Part shown: positions 1-13,971 of the stretch, piece by piece
How the letters are laid out: the number at the start of each line of letters is the position of its first letter
How positions within the stretch are numbered: position 1 is the stretch's first letter
The notes under the pieces: generated by a model
Seen by the model: only the letters and a program-made list of their open reading frames with translations
What the model was told of the DNA's origin: nothing
Databases searched by the model: none
Assembly: GCA_903813345.2 (NCBI GenBank)
Contig: CAIIXF020000001.1
Span: 3,224,001 to 3,288,000 of the forward strand
Source of the DNA: Owenia fusiformis
Taxonomy: Eukaryota
DNA length: 64,000 bases
Direction: 5' to 3'
Made by a program: the position numbers and the translations under genes

Positions 1-3000
1 TTTTTTGGAGCAGTCAAAGGCTCACATTTCCACACTATAATGAAAAGATGGTTGTCGGAATGATGGCAATGTCTAATAAAGATGCAGATTATACTTTATA
101 TACCCAACAGGGATAACTGAGGTGATCATTGGAATATGAGGGAGCTCTTTCAATTTTACATCAAAAAGTGCATTTTGTGCCTTTTTGGCATACACATTAA
201 ATATCAATGAAGGTGTACTTTTTTCATAATACATGCTACATGTTGTATTATCTATAACATACCACATTTATTTTGTTCACACGTATTCCCTTGGGGTTTT
301 GAGCAGTCACTGTCAAGTTCACATCCTGTATCTTCTGTTGGCACTCCTTTAGTTTTTGCTGGTTTTGATACCTTGTTTGAACATTTGCAATTTGAGCATG
401 TACCAATGGCACAATCAGAGTCTTGAATACAAGCATCACCTTCAATACCAAATGAATATGATTTAAACTTGTGTATGACAATTTAATAAAGTATTACAAC
501 ACATGCAAAATAAAGCCAGATTATTCTTGATTTGTAAATTTCTTCTGTAAGTTGATTTTATAGAAGGTGATGAAAAGTAAAAATGTTTACCTTTAGGTTC
601 ACATGTTGCAATTATTTGTTTATTCCAGGATCCATTTGATCTGCATTTCAGTTTTGAAGATCCTTTTGCAACATAACATTCATTACATTCAACAACTGCT
701 CTGCAATCAGGCTCATAGCAATCCACTACTACTTTTCCGTTGCTCGGATTTTCTAAGAGAGGACATGTTTCTGAAAAGAAGAAAACAACAACCTATAAAA
801 ATCAATAAAAATGAGCAATAAGGATTTTTTGTTTAAAAATAAGTACATCAGATACACTTGATGGATCAACAGGCTCAATGAAAAGACATACATACATTCA
901 TTATAATTACAACCATGAAATACCATTCAGGAGAGCACGAAGAAAAACCCCATTTCAAGTTTACATATGTAGAGCAGCAATCTATACTGGTGATAACTTA
1001 AATAATACGGAATATTGTCAATATATAAATCATCTATGGTTAATCTCACAATACATCTACTATGACATCTATCTGCATTATAAGGTAGATCTTGAACAAA
1101 ATCAATATGCATATTTTTGCTGCCATCTTTATGATGAAAATATTGCATATCAAAGCTTAAATTGAAATAAAGTATTGCTTGTAATGTCAACACTATAAAA
1201 AACAGCAACTCTATCATCATTTTGAACAGATTGCAATATACCCATAAAGCTGGACAAAATCAAATGAATGATTTTTGAGTTACCAAGAATTATGCTTTTC
1301 CTAAAAAACATAAACAGCAGCCATTTTGAACTTAGTAGCCATATTGAAAATAGGTAACTGCCTGAATCAAATCCAACAACTTGTATTTGAGTGATCATCT
1401 GGACAGACAGATGTATGGACAAATAGATGGATGAATGAATGAACAGACAATTAAACAGCATGTGGCATTTGTATATCCCTCATGAAAAAACTCTTAACTC
1501 TTCAAACTGGTTACAAAAATGGATTTGTTTCGATAATAAAATTGTGCAGTCTTTGAGGCACACATTTTCTTTTTCCATGATTTGTCGCAAACGTGTGTCG
1601 GCAGAAAAATTTTGAAACCCCGAGAGAGTGGGTTCACAACCAGGCATAATCTCTTTTTTCATTTTATAACTGCCAATAATACATTTTCTTGATCTCTCTT
1701 TACATACCACACTCATGTTGATCTATCAAGACACTGTCAATAATACATTTTCTAGATCTCTCTTTACATACCACACTCATGTTGATCTATCAAGACACTT
1801 TTTGGCTATATAAGTCATTATATACAATGGAATAATAATATTTTCCTACTGATTCATAATAATATTAAAAATTATTTTATTTTTTCTCAAGATCTGGACG
1901 GTGAATTTTCATAAATGTTATTTCAAATACTTTCGTATTTCTATAATAATCACAATTTTTTAGAAGCAAAACTGAATTTTGCAATTTTTAAAAAAAATAT
2001 TGAGAGCAATGTTTTAGAAATAACTAAACATTCAATATTTCTTATTTTAACATATTTTGTTATACATCAGTATATAGTTCACCTAGATTTTTTCAAGAAA
2101 ATCTGAATTGTAGAAAAAAAGTTAGCCGACATTGAAGTTCTGTCTTAAGTAAGAAAAGTGAGGAATTATATCAATGATTTTGGCATCTCTTAAACCATTC
2201 ATTTGCAAATGCTTAGCATATATTATTTATTACCAGCCTGAAGAGTTCCTCCACAATGACTGTTGAATGTCAATATTTTAAACGTCTAAGATATATACAT
2301 CATTTGAAACAATTGACCTTTTGTCGTCATATAAAAATGACATTAGACATGATGGAGGGACAAAATGGAGGACACATGGCAGTTTTGATCTGTTAATATT
2401 ATTGTTTCTTTTATGAAAGCAATGGGTCAGATATTTATCAGGTATGCTGATTTGACTAGATCATGAGTTTATCTTTATATGTGTGAAGTTTCGGTGAAAT
2501 TCATACTAAACATCGATGCCTATAAGCGCCCCCCATTTTTATCAAATTCGGGGGCGCTTAACTGCTATCTAAATCATGTCAGTAGGATCTTAAACTTGAC
2601 ATGTGCTTGATCTAGTCAAATCTCTTTTCACTTTTGTGAAAAATAAATCAATAAAGCATGAAACATAGAAGATAATCTCTCAAAATCAAACATCTAAAGC
2701 TGAGTGGCCTAATTGTATGTCACTACAAGATAGAATCCATTGGGTGATCACAAATCATCAATCGATTAAAATTTGCAGTACTCAGAACAAAAACACATAA
2801 GTTGACATACGATTGGCTAATGTATTTAAATTGAGAATTCAATAAGGATGTCTGTGCAGACAAACCCTTAACATGACTTGAAACCCTAAACAGCTCAATA
2901 TTATGGTTGACAAGATGAATATACCAAAACATCCACTTGTATATCTACCATTAAATATCTAAGCACAAGTGCCAAAGGGAAAGGACCAAAAGTTGTAATG

Positions 3001-3774
3001 GAACTTAGCAAGAAAAAAGCAAACTCTCTCTGTATACCAGTCAATAAAAACAAACCCCATATATCCCAAAATCATGATCTAACATGAAAAGAAACATATA
3101 GATTATCAAAATTTATAAAAATATAGATTATCTTTAACAATTAAATGCATAGGTCCATGGACATCTGAATCAACCAACAACCAACCAACCAACAACTTTT
3201 TTTACACAAATAATTGTTCAAGAATCATCGTATATTACTACTAACATATAAAGTATCCAATCCATTGCATAACACTTCTCCTTTGGCACTTCAGCTTATA
3301 AATACACATCAGAAAGTTGAACAGTTATAACATATTGGTCAAAAGAGCAAGCCAAAAGACTCAAATACTCAACTCCAAAATAAAGATTAATTTAACTTGA
3401 TTGATTTATACAATATTTATTATGTTTTGTCATTTAAATTGTGTTTAGCCTTTATATTAGTTACATTGTCAATGACCAGGCAATTTATTCTGTACATTAA
3501 ACTAATTTGGAGAATAAATTGATTATTGCTATTAACAAAAGGGTAAATTATGTATATTGTTAACCATAGAGCATTCAACTGCACATCTCCATAACATTTT
3601 AAAACTGAAATCATATCTTACTTACACATAAAAATTCCACCATCATGGATGGCATTAACTATTTTAACATCAGATTTCAAGATGTTGTCTTTATTCTTTT
3701 TAATGAAACTTGACAAAATAAATAACAGAAAGCAAACCTTCTGCCTGTCTTTTATATCGTAGATTTGATTCAGC
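1..3774 (-). CDS. Partial sushi/CCP and Cys-rich repeat extracellular protein (gene A), continuing off the window start; 5' exons uncertain
   Basis: Phase-compatible GT-AG exons: 3774-3738 (AESNLRYKRQAE, furin-like RYKR), 770-591 (TCPLLENPSNG...CNECY...CRSNGSWNK...TCEPK, sushi with 7 Cys) and 439-263 (GDACIQDSDCAIGTCSNCKC...GCELDSDCSKPQGNTCEQNKC). A further sushi-like start (CEPLTAPK) lies near 1-30. Possible upstream exons at about 4633-4589 and 8686-8651. Confidence 0.65.
1449..2149. mobile_element. Dispersed repeat or non-autonomous element, related to 19535-19845
   Basis: 2079-2118 (TCACCTAGATTTTTTCAAGAAAATCTGAATTGTAGAAAAA) matches the reverse complement of 19536-19575. 1604-1673 resembles the reverse complement of 19680-19745 (B-box-like GGTTCGAATCC). 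Internal ~64-bp direct duplication at 1677-1798. Confidence 0.5.
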
Positions 3775-5620
3775 CTGAAAGAAAAAATTTATAATAAAAA
3801 TCTCATTTCATCCTAGATTGCTCAAACACATGATAACTATGGATTAAGATATTGGTTTAAATTATTTATTAATTGATTTTAAGTAGTACACATACAATTA
3901 CCATAATCCCAAACCAAATATTATCAATAGATAGATTGATTATTTGTAAATGCTATCTTTATCTTATAAACAACTATCTACTAGAAAACCTGTAAAATGA
4001 TAATATGGTTAAATAAAAACATCCATACACATTATTTTATAATAGGATGTTATGAATTGATAAATTGAAAAGCTCTATGGCTACATGAATTTAATTCTAG
4101 ATAAATAAGGAAGTATTGCAACATAGATTTGAACAGTGACATCTTTGAATCCCATTTACAATGATCAGCAGCTTAAAAATAGTAGATGCTCACATATCTT
4201 CATGAACAACTATATACCAGAAAACCTGTACAAATTTGTACTTTAGTTAAATAATTTGTATACCTTAATTTATTGTGGGGTGTTGTGAATTGATAAGTTG
4301 ATGAAAAGCACTAGGGTTATATGGATTTAACTCTTGATGAGAAATGAGGAAGAATTGCATCATAGATTATAAGGTGGTGGATTGAAGATATGTAAACATT
4401 GAAGTGATTAGTTATACTTACACTATATAAATTATGATCTCCAAAAGTGACATTAAACAAAAAATTGATGAGTAACAATACAGAAGAATTGAAAAACGTC
4501 CATTTTAACTCCATATGGAATGTTGTGTGTGATCCTTAGTAATTGCTGCAAAACTACTATCCTCAGTACTATTTTCAGTGTCTGCTACCTTGGTAATATA
4601 CTTGTAGTAACAATTCCCTTGTGTTAAATAAATCTGAAAAAGAAAGGCGAGTATAATAGTAATGTTTGATGAGTAGTAACTGTGATTGACATTATCTTAT
4701 TATTTAGATTTACATATTTTTGCAATTTTATTTCTCATAATTCATGTAATTGCAACAAAAATATGGAATGAATAGTGAGCATATTCATGAGTTATGAATA
4801 CATACAGTGACTATTATACCAAGAATAAGAATATTTAAACACAAATGCCAAAGTGAAAAGACCAAAAACTCTTGAGAAACCTAGCAAGAAAAGCAAACTC
4901 TTAGTGTAAACCTGTCATAAGAAAAAATAGACCCTATGCATACCCAAGTAGCAATGTGCCCCCCTCCCAATCCACAGTATAAACTAGGAAATGTACACAA
5001 ACATAATATATACCATTGGAAAGAGTATTTAATGGTTGTTAAAGCAGGGGCTTCATTAGCAGCAAGCAACAAGCGATTTTCACTTGTAATTTTCACAAAA
5101 TCGCTTGTTGTTTTTATGGTCTTTTCAACTTTTCCATAAATTAAATTTATGATTTCCATTAATTTTGCATGTTGTTTTCATTTATTTAGTCTGCTGTGAG
5201 AAATTCTAGTGAAACCCCTGTAAAGTGAGAAATTATGACGATGAATTTGGCATTTGAGCTTCTTGTGCAGGGCATCTTAAAAAGTCGCTCCATTATCCAT
5301 TAATACGGGCTCCCTGTGTTATGTTAAAAAAAGTCCATGCAGGAGAGCACCATACTAGTACATTTGAAATGCATGTGAAACTCTGTAACAATATCTGGCC
5401 TTGGTCATCTAGGATTTATGTTATCCGGAATTGAATGAATGCACTTTCCAAAGACATATAGAATGTATAGGTACTTCTCTTAGCTTGTGTTTTTAGCACC
5501 CTGTATAAGCCAAAACCCAATAGTTAATGCTCACTTAATTAATCTTCATGAACAACTATACTAGAAAACCTGTACAAAGGAGGAGGGAAAGTAGTGCAAC
5601 AGATTCCGGACAGTCATATG

Positions 5621-6143
5621 TTAGATTTTGGCTATTTTCTGAGGATTTAAACAGGTGCATATATTAGACCAATGCATTCTCTCCAGGAAAAGCATTCATA
5701 GAGATGATGAAATAATTTTGACTTTGAGACAGGGGAGATGCAAACAACCCAAGAGAATAAGAAACTCCTTCAGGGGTTTTAAAGATATCCATTATGGGTG
5801 ACCAAAATTAGATAAAAGCAATGGATCGCATGCAGTTTTCCTATGGGAAAATAACATGGGAAATATTGTTTTCCAATTTATCAAAGAGGAGTTACTTATT
5901 CCTTTACATGGGTTAACTGTGTCTTAAAATGCAACATTTTGATGCAACAAAAATTGAAAAAGCAGGGGTGGAAGGGGTTGAAAATCAAGACAACATTTTA
6001 GAAAAAATGTGGGTACTGGGTTGTTTGCATCTTTCCTGTCTCAAAGTCAAAATTATTCATCATCTCTAAGAGTGCTTTTCCTGGAGATAATGCATTGGCC
6101 TAACATATGCACCTGTTTAAATCCTCAGAAAATAGACAAAATC
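5621..6143. mobile_element. MITE with long (~130 bp) terminal inverted repeats
   Basis: 5621-5751 (GATTTTGGCTATTTTCTGAGGATTTAAACAGGTGCATAT...TGCAAACAACCCA) is nearly the reverse complement of 6017-6143. Confidence 0.75.
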
Positions 6144-9100
6144 CATATCAACCTTATGCAGCAATCTCTAAAACATATGAATACTAATTACAATTTATTA
6201 AGAACTTTTCAAATTAAACACTATATTTCCAATATAACTAACACTTATGAGTAGTTCACTGTATTTCATATGCTAACACAAGGGCAACGTGTAAATAATG
6301 TATAAACATATTGCAAAATTCTGTGTATGTGACTATGGAAGAATTATTTATGAAAAAAATCCATTTTTACATCAGGACAAACATTAAAGTAAATATACCT
6401 TATGTTTAATGTGTTTAATCATTGCTGAAGAAAAATCAGTTATGGCAAAAACGTGATTCAAAGTATTGACAGAACATTCTAGAGCTGTATCTTTATGTTT
6501 TTGTTTTCATCATTCGATTTGAACTTTGTTGTTATAATTGCATTCATTAACTTTTGCTATACTTCATTGCAAAAACAATATAAGTTAGTAATCATTGTTA
6601 AATTATTTAGAAATAATCATTATGGATGTTTTTCTATTTTACACATATCTCTTACACACAAATGGGATAGTAATCAGTCTCTATGCCAACATATTATTTG
6701 TCAATATTTTATGTCATTAATTAAAATGATCTTAGCATAATCATAGCACATTAAATCAATATAATATATTTCATCCACTTAACTAGGTTTGCTATCACTT
6801 GAATCAGAGACAGAGAATATAATAGAACTTCTAAAGTATGTGATCAAGAGCAACTAAAACAGGCACATTCCTCTTTGGACCAAGATAACTGATATTCCTA
6901 GTTCTACCAGGTTATCAGTCTCCTGAAACACTCATTCTTTGGTCAGTGTAACTTTAAAACAAGCTTTAGCTCCTCACTATTTTTTGTTCTCGCTATCTGT
7001 TATAAGTTATGTCCTACTCATAGTGTCCAACAGCATGCATTTAGTTATGCATACGATACACAATTAAATAGACCATATGGGCTTAGTTTGTTTGTATTAG
7101 TTTCATTACTGTATGTAATTGATAGCAGGTAACCAATATCACTAATGTTTCTGTATCATATTATTTGCTCTTCTCTTACCTTTGTAAAAACAATGTACAT
7201 ATGCTGTGTTATCTGCATATGATCATGTTTTAAAAATATAGTGAACAGAACCGACCATGTGAACATGTTAACATTTAATGATGAGTGAACAGAACTGAAC
7301 ATGTATGGCTATTACAAATTGGTGGTTGGGTTTCACAGAAATTCAAAATGGCAATTCACATAAAGGGTGGGTAAAAATGTCAACTTTAGAGATCTGGTAC
7401 TAAACAATTGATAAACTTTAAAGTTGATCTACATTATTAAGAGAGGGTGCTTATTTCTGAGGGATTTTCCCTAGGTGTTGCAGTTGGGGATTGTATTTAT
7501 TTAGAATTTTACCAAGTAGAAGAAATGAAGATGAAACCTGGCTATGGCTTTAAGTTCAACAATATTTCACAGAAATATGAACAATTCTGCCATGTTTAAG
7601 GTTTAGTAAAAAAAAGATTTTAAGGTGGGTATGAAACACTTAAAACTAATGTGATTGGTGTATCCCTACTGGAGTGGACCGACACCAACCCAGTAAGGAT
7701 TTTATTCTGTGTTTTCATTAACTAATACTTCTGTTCTTCATCTAATTACTTTGACATATGTCAAAGTAACAAAAAGGAGAAACTCCCTTTGTTTGAGTTC
7801 AGTAAGAGTCATCTCTTGATTAAAGTTAATAAGAAGTATTTTGAACTTGTAGTGAACCTTACTTGACAATATTCACAGTTTGAGATGTTGGAAGCTTAGT
7901 TTTACTGGTTATGTTATCAGGTGTTTCTTTTTACTGTTTCACTGTGTTATGTTATGATTTTGGTTTTCAGACCTGGATGTGTTTGTTATAATCCAACAAT
8001 TAGTTATAGATTTTCTATTCAAGAGAGATCCCTGAAACTTTCAAATCCATTCCTGAAGCATTTCCCTGCAAAAGGGATATTGGGATAAGGCATTAAAAAT
8101 GGTCATCTTAAAATCCACCGTGCCAGTATAGCTAACCAGCCCTCTGGTTGCATACAAAGACACATCCCTAAAATTCAGATCAATCCCTCTAATGGTTAGC
8201 CTGAAATGAATAGACAATACTATACAAGAAAGATTGTGGAATAGCCTCCCAATTACGTGACATACTCAAAACAATCATAATTTAAAGTTTGACACAATAA
8301 AACATCAGTCAATAGAAACATTCAGTTAAAACTCTGCTGTTTCACCTATTGTCTTTGGAGATATTGTTGCTGGGTAATAAAAAGGATTATAGAACCAACA
8401 AATAACATCATCTTTGTTCCTGAACATTTTTGGCAATTTGAATGGTTTGACAAAACAATGAAATTAAAGTAAGAGTTTATAAACTCAATCTATTCAAACG
8501 TGTAAAATGCTGTTCACTTTTTATTATGATGCAATAATGATCATGATAATTAATGAATGATCTAAAAGCTGATTAAACAAATCGAAAACATCTATCATAA
8601 AATAGTCTTCTAATTAAAATATTGAAAAATTAAGAATTATGTCCACTTACCTTACTTTGTACTTTGAGTACTTTGTTTTGTTCTACCTGAAATGGAAAAT
8701 GCCCTAGTAATCTGCAAAGCACCACAAACTTGATTATATTGATGTGCGGTTTTCACATAAACAAGTTGCTATTTATCTTTATCTTTTATTTACTTCCATG
8801 CAGCATGATTGCCTTTTATTAATTTACTGGAAGAAATTAGTTTTAGTACCAGATAGCAAATAAGATGAATCAACAAGATCCTCAGTTTGTTTCAACAAAT
8901 GGATTTTTCAAATGTATTTATCATTAAACACAACAATTATACTTACCTAAAAATCCTAAAATGTATAATTTTTAAGACAATACATATTTCCAAAAAGTAT
9001 AAAATTCAAAATGGCGTCAACATATGTACAAAATGGCTGCCTAGAAAAATCTTTAGTTTAAGGTTATAACAATTAACACTACAATTAATCAGTGTTTATA

Positions 9101-10257
9101 GGAGTTCATGACAAAAACTGATATTTATGAAGTCATGCATAACACTGTTGTAGTTTATATTCAGCTTATGGAGATAATCCACCTTTGCAAAATCATCATG
9201 AATGTGTTATTACAATTGTTTAATTTAGTGAGACGTATATGACTTCATTAAGGTGGCCCCAAAGGCAAATCTACATACAACATAACATATATGTATGCAT
9301 GTACATCTAAAATTGATTTTTATTTCCATAAAATGGCACATCAAATGACAGACTGACATAATAAGTGAGAGATGCAAATCAAAGACTACAAATGTAAGAT
9401 TTTAAGGTGCTTTAAAATATTTTTTAATAATGATTTTAGAAGAAGATGAAACTAATAGTTGAAATGTTTTTCATTATATACACCACATCATTTTTATCAA
9501 TTATATTTCAAATGAACTTCAAATATGCATCTCAAAAGAACAGTAAATACAAATGAATCATTTTGAATAAAACACAATTTTGAAAACGCTGTTCAGTAGA
9601 TATTCTACTCATATAAAATTTGAACATTTGAAAAATCCATCAAGTGGTATCCTTTATAGAAGTCAACATTTCTCAATAAAAAATTCTTGAATAAAAATGG
9701 AACGCAGAGCAAAACCAATAATAAGAAGAGTAACCCATTTATGGTCTATTTGAAGTGCATAGATGTTAGTATATTATAATAAAAAATAATTAATTATTCA
9801 AATAAGTTTATAAAGGAATATTGAGAAGTCATTGTCCAGTCACTTGTTAACATGACTATGTGCAAATACCATAAAGACCACAACTCTGTTTGAAGTTCAG
9901 TAGCCCCCAAAGTGGAACATGCTTTTCCTTTTCAAGTTTTTAATGGCACAATATTGTGGATAGCAACATGCATTTTCATCAAATTCAAATGTTGCCTGAA
10001 GTTGTGGGGTTCTTTTAATTATTTTAACAAATCAAGGAAACCCAGTTTAAAATTAGCTATTTACTTTGCATGATGTTTCAACATTGGTTAGGCTCTGATG
10101 AACATGCATTAAAGTGCCGATTTTCATGTAACGGAAGTTTTAATCGATAATTAATTGAATATTGTCCACTAAACAAATATTCCCCTATTCATGACCATAA
10201 AACCATTCTGTTTACAAGCAGTTTATTCCAATAGTGTATGCAAATACATTGTACATG

Positions 10258-11634
10258 TTAGTTGATCGGAGTTCTACAGTCTTCATCTGGGTGAGATGCA
10301 TTTCTCTTCACACAAAATTTCTGGTATGGAAGAGAGCATATATTTATGTCATCCCACCAAACTGTACCTCCAGGACACATATTATAGGTGATGATACCAT
10401 CTGGGAGACACCTGAAGAACCCCTGGCAGTCGCATGGGTCAGCCATATACCCTTTCTTCACATTGCAACCCCTGGCAACTACGAAAAATTGATTTTATTT
10501 GTGTGTACTTCTAAACTATTGTAATATGATTTAGAAATTGAGTAAAAACAAGAGAACATTAATAAGAAAGCAGGAGCAGGTTGCTTTAAAATTTGACAAC
10601 TGCAATATACCTATTAAGGTACATTTTCAATGTCACTTGATTGAAAAACCAGCTAATATACTAATACCTTCAAATGCTTTGGACAGTGGAATTTTTTTAC
10701 ATTTTGGTTTGCCTCGAGGACGCCATTTTCCTTTTCTGCAAAGCTTTTGCTTTGGTCCAACTAAGAGAAAACCTTCATCACAGGAATATGCAATTGCAAT
10801 ATTCTCCTTTACTCTCCCTCTTCCTATGATAGTCACTCTAAGAGGTGGCTCAGGTTCAGAAACATCAATCCTGCATTCTTTGATACCCATGTAATATAAA
10901 AATGATAATAGATAAACTAAGATTCCTTCCCTGAACAATTAGGATAAGATAACAAAATATTTCATAATAGATAGCAAACATGCAAAAGATTTTGAGGCAA
11001 AATGCAATCTTATACAACAGCTGAGTGTACTGTAGACATACAAGCAAGAGATGAGCAAAAGGAGAATGAGCTTACATCATCATCATTTGAAATGTAATGT
11101 TAGCATCTACAACTAGTTTTGGAAGTATGGTTTTACTTTTCTTAATATGGAATGCATAACTGCCAAAACTTAATGATTGGATAATCATTATTGTTCACTT
11201 CATGAAAATGTAAACTTACCCTTTTTCTCTTTGCTATCATCTTTCTCTTTACCATCATCCTGCTCTTTACTATCATTCTCTTCACTGTCATCTTTCTCTT
11301 TGCCGTCTTCCTCTTCACTGTCATCATTTTCTTTACTATAATCCTCTTCACTGCCATCCCTTTGTTTACTATCATCATTCTCTTTACTATAATCTTTCTC
11401 ATCACTATCATCTTTCCTTTTGCTATCATCTTTTTCTTCACTTCTTTCTCTCTCTATGCTATCATCTTTTTCTTTGCTAATATCTTTTTCTTTACTATCA
11501 ATATCTTCTTTGCTGTCAACTAATTCACTGGTTTCATCATCTCCTACTAACCCTGGTTGTTGGGCATGGCCCAGAAAAACAACAAAAGATCCTGTTAAAA
11601 TGAAAAACAACCAAATGTTCTCTGAAATCGCCAT
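10258..11634 (-). CDS. Secreted acidic-repeat + sushi + chitin-binding (CBM14-like) protein (gene B)
   Basis: Exon 11634-11220: signal-peptide-like MAISENIWLFFILTGSFVVFLGHA, then (KEKDDS)-type repeats. Sushi exon from 10877 (or 10930) to 10668 (CRIDVSEP...YSCDEGFLLVG...CRKGKW...PKC). Last exon 10478-10258 (GCNVKKGYMADPCDCQGFFRC...CPGGTVWWDDINIC..., ChtBD2-like pattern). A possible 31-nt exon at 11107-11077 makes the internal structure ambiguous. Confidence 0.75.
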
Positions 11635-12307
11635 AATTAAAGACAGATTTCAATAATGATGAAATCAAGCTTCAAACTTATATTACCTTTCCAACAATCT
11701 ACAGTAAAATAATTAATTCCATCAAAATTGTTTAGGTAACATATTCCTAGATTGAAGGTATATTTTTGAAATGTTTATTTGTTCCATTGATAACTTGGAA
11801 AACATTCATAAATGGAATATATATTTTCTCGACAGTTTCTTGATATGATTTTTTTTAAATCAAAAATTACATGTGATAAAAACAAAGCAGTTTACAATAT
11901 ATATATAACCATACTTACAACATGGAAGCCTCTAATTTGATTGACATTTATTTCAAATAAACATTCCTTTGGATACATTGGACATAAAAAATGCTTGACA
12001 CAAATTGGCTGGTACATAGCTTTATATGCTAAGAATACAAAATAACCAATAAGTCAAAATAAACAATACATCAACAAAATTCAATATAAAAACAGGTTAT
12101 TAGGGCATGGTAGGAGGTATAAATAAAAGAGCATTTTGTGAGCTTAAATAGATAAAGGATTGGCATAGATATGGCAAACTGAATTGAACACACGTTTCTC
12201 TTAAACCAGTCATCAAAAAATTCTGAAAATGTACATAATCAATCTAATGATCATCTTTTGAATGGTAACAGGAAAATTAACCCTAACCCTAATGATTTGA
12301 AAAAAAT

Positions 12308-12778
12308 ACTGTACTCCCAATAATATTTGACGCTATTATATTTCGCGTTTTTGGCATTTTGAAATTTTGTGGCTATTATATTTCGCTAATTTTTGGTTTT
12401 TTAAATTTTCGCAGCTATTAATCTCCGGGGGTTTGTCATACAGGATCACTCTTTCAACTTTGATATCAGCCATGGTTGGTCCTTCACCCAATGATTTTGG
12501 CTTATAAGAATGTTTTTATAATACAGTAATAATGATCTTTCTTCTAATTTCTCTTTTTCAAAACTCAAAATGTCATGTTTTTACCTATTATCGCCCATCA
12601 CTGGACGAAAATATTGTCAACATTGAAATCCCTGGGAATTTCCTTGGAATTTCGCGACTTTCAAATTTCGCGAATTAAAACTGGGGGAATGTCGCAGCTA
12701 TTATGTTTCACGAATTTTCCAAAACTCGCTAAAAGCGCGAAATATAGTAGCACGCAAAAATTACCGGGAGTACAATAT
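12308..12778. mobile_element. MITE-like element
   Basis: Imperfect TIRs TACTGTACTCCC...TATTATATTTCGCG and CGCGAAATATAGTAG...GGGAGTACAATA, with subterminal GCTATTATATTTCGC repeats. Confidence 0.6.
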
Positions 12779-12939
12779 GTACTTTTCTCTATATTGTTTT
12801 AGAAAACACATCAGACACTTCTTTCGTTTTTTGGCATCATATGTTCTGAATGAGACCAAACATCTATCCCAGCCTCATTGGAACATAACAACATAAACAT
12901 AATGTGTAGCAGACCCAATAAAATGCTAAATACCTGTAT

Positions 12940-13430
12940 AATGTTAGTTTGACCTTGACTGATTCTTGAATTGAGGTGAACGTGTCCAAAGGCTTGAAAT
13001 GCCAAAACCTAGATGTTCACCTTTGATCTTGAGATGACCTTGGCCAATTAACATTGACCTCAGGTCACCTAATTATGAGTCACCAAGGATCACAGCCCCC
13101 AGAGTCTTAAAACTAAAAATACCTAGATATTTTATACTGACCTTTGACCTTGGAATGACCTTGACCTGAGGTCACCTAAAGGACATAGCAGCCCCAAAAG
13201 TCCTTAAAACGCTAAATACACAAATATTGACCTTTGACCTTGAGATGACCTTGACCTATAAACATTGACCTTGACCCCAGGTCACCAAATCATTGGTTGC
13301 CAGGGGTCACAGCAACCCCAAGGACCTTTAATCACTAAATACTTAGATATTTACCTTTGACATAGGAATGACCTTGTCCTAATAATGTGTTGCCAAGAGT
13401 CACAACATCCCCCAAATGCAATAAAACACA
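12940..13430. repeat. TGACCTTGA-rich dispersed repeat with internal degenerate ~110-bp units
   Basis: Recurrent TGACCTTTGACCTTG, AGGTCACC and CACAGCCCC blocks. Confidence 0.6.
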
Positions 13431-13462
13431 AAATTTGCTCTCCAAATTGGAGAAAATAAAGA

Positions 13463-13514
13463 ACCATACCATACCATACCATACCATACCATACCATACC
13501 ATACCATACCATAC
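13463..13514. repeat. (ACCAT)n microsatellite
   Basis: About 10 perfect ACCAT units. Confidence 0.95.
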
Positions 13515-13971
13515 AAAAGAAAGTAAAAATGTTTTGGAGGATGTGTTTTTTGTATAAATTATTTCTTTCGTATTTGCATTTGAAAATGTTTCAATTCTAG
13601 TATATTTGATGCCAATAATTTATTTGGGCTCTCATAAGGACAGGTTATCAAGGTTTAATAATATATGTGGCCGAGTTTCTTCAGACTTTCTCCCTGACTT
13701 AGCCTTTACGGCTGTTGGTTGATATTCAGAGGATAGTCTAGGTTGCATTTTTATTGAGTCACCCTGTAGTTTACTTATGAAATATGATATCCTATATGCT
13801 ATCTCTTGTGAATGAAACTTTTTCTAGTGCATTATCATTGATTTTCAAGGTTTGTAAAGTAAAATAACAGTGCTTATAACCATAGTCACATTAATCATAC
13901 TAGCACTGTAAACAAATATATATGTATAGATATGTTAATATTATTACAATCTATATTTCTTTTACTGATAA

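Noticed and set aside
73-146. Exon ELPHIPMITSVIPVG followed by a 31-nt intron
   Set aside because: The implied intron is implausibly short and read-through hits a stop. Left unresolved.
927-1220. 97-aa ORF with a hydrophobic N-terminus as the first exon of gene A
   Set aside because: No convincing in-frame donor linking it to exon 770 and no recognisable motif.
12278-12292. Telomeric (CCCTAA)n
   Set aside because: Only about 2 units.
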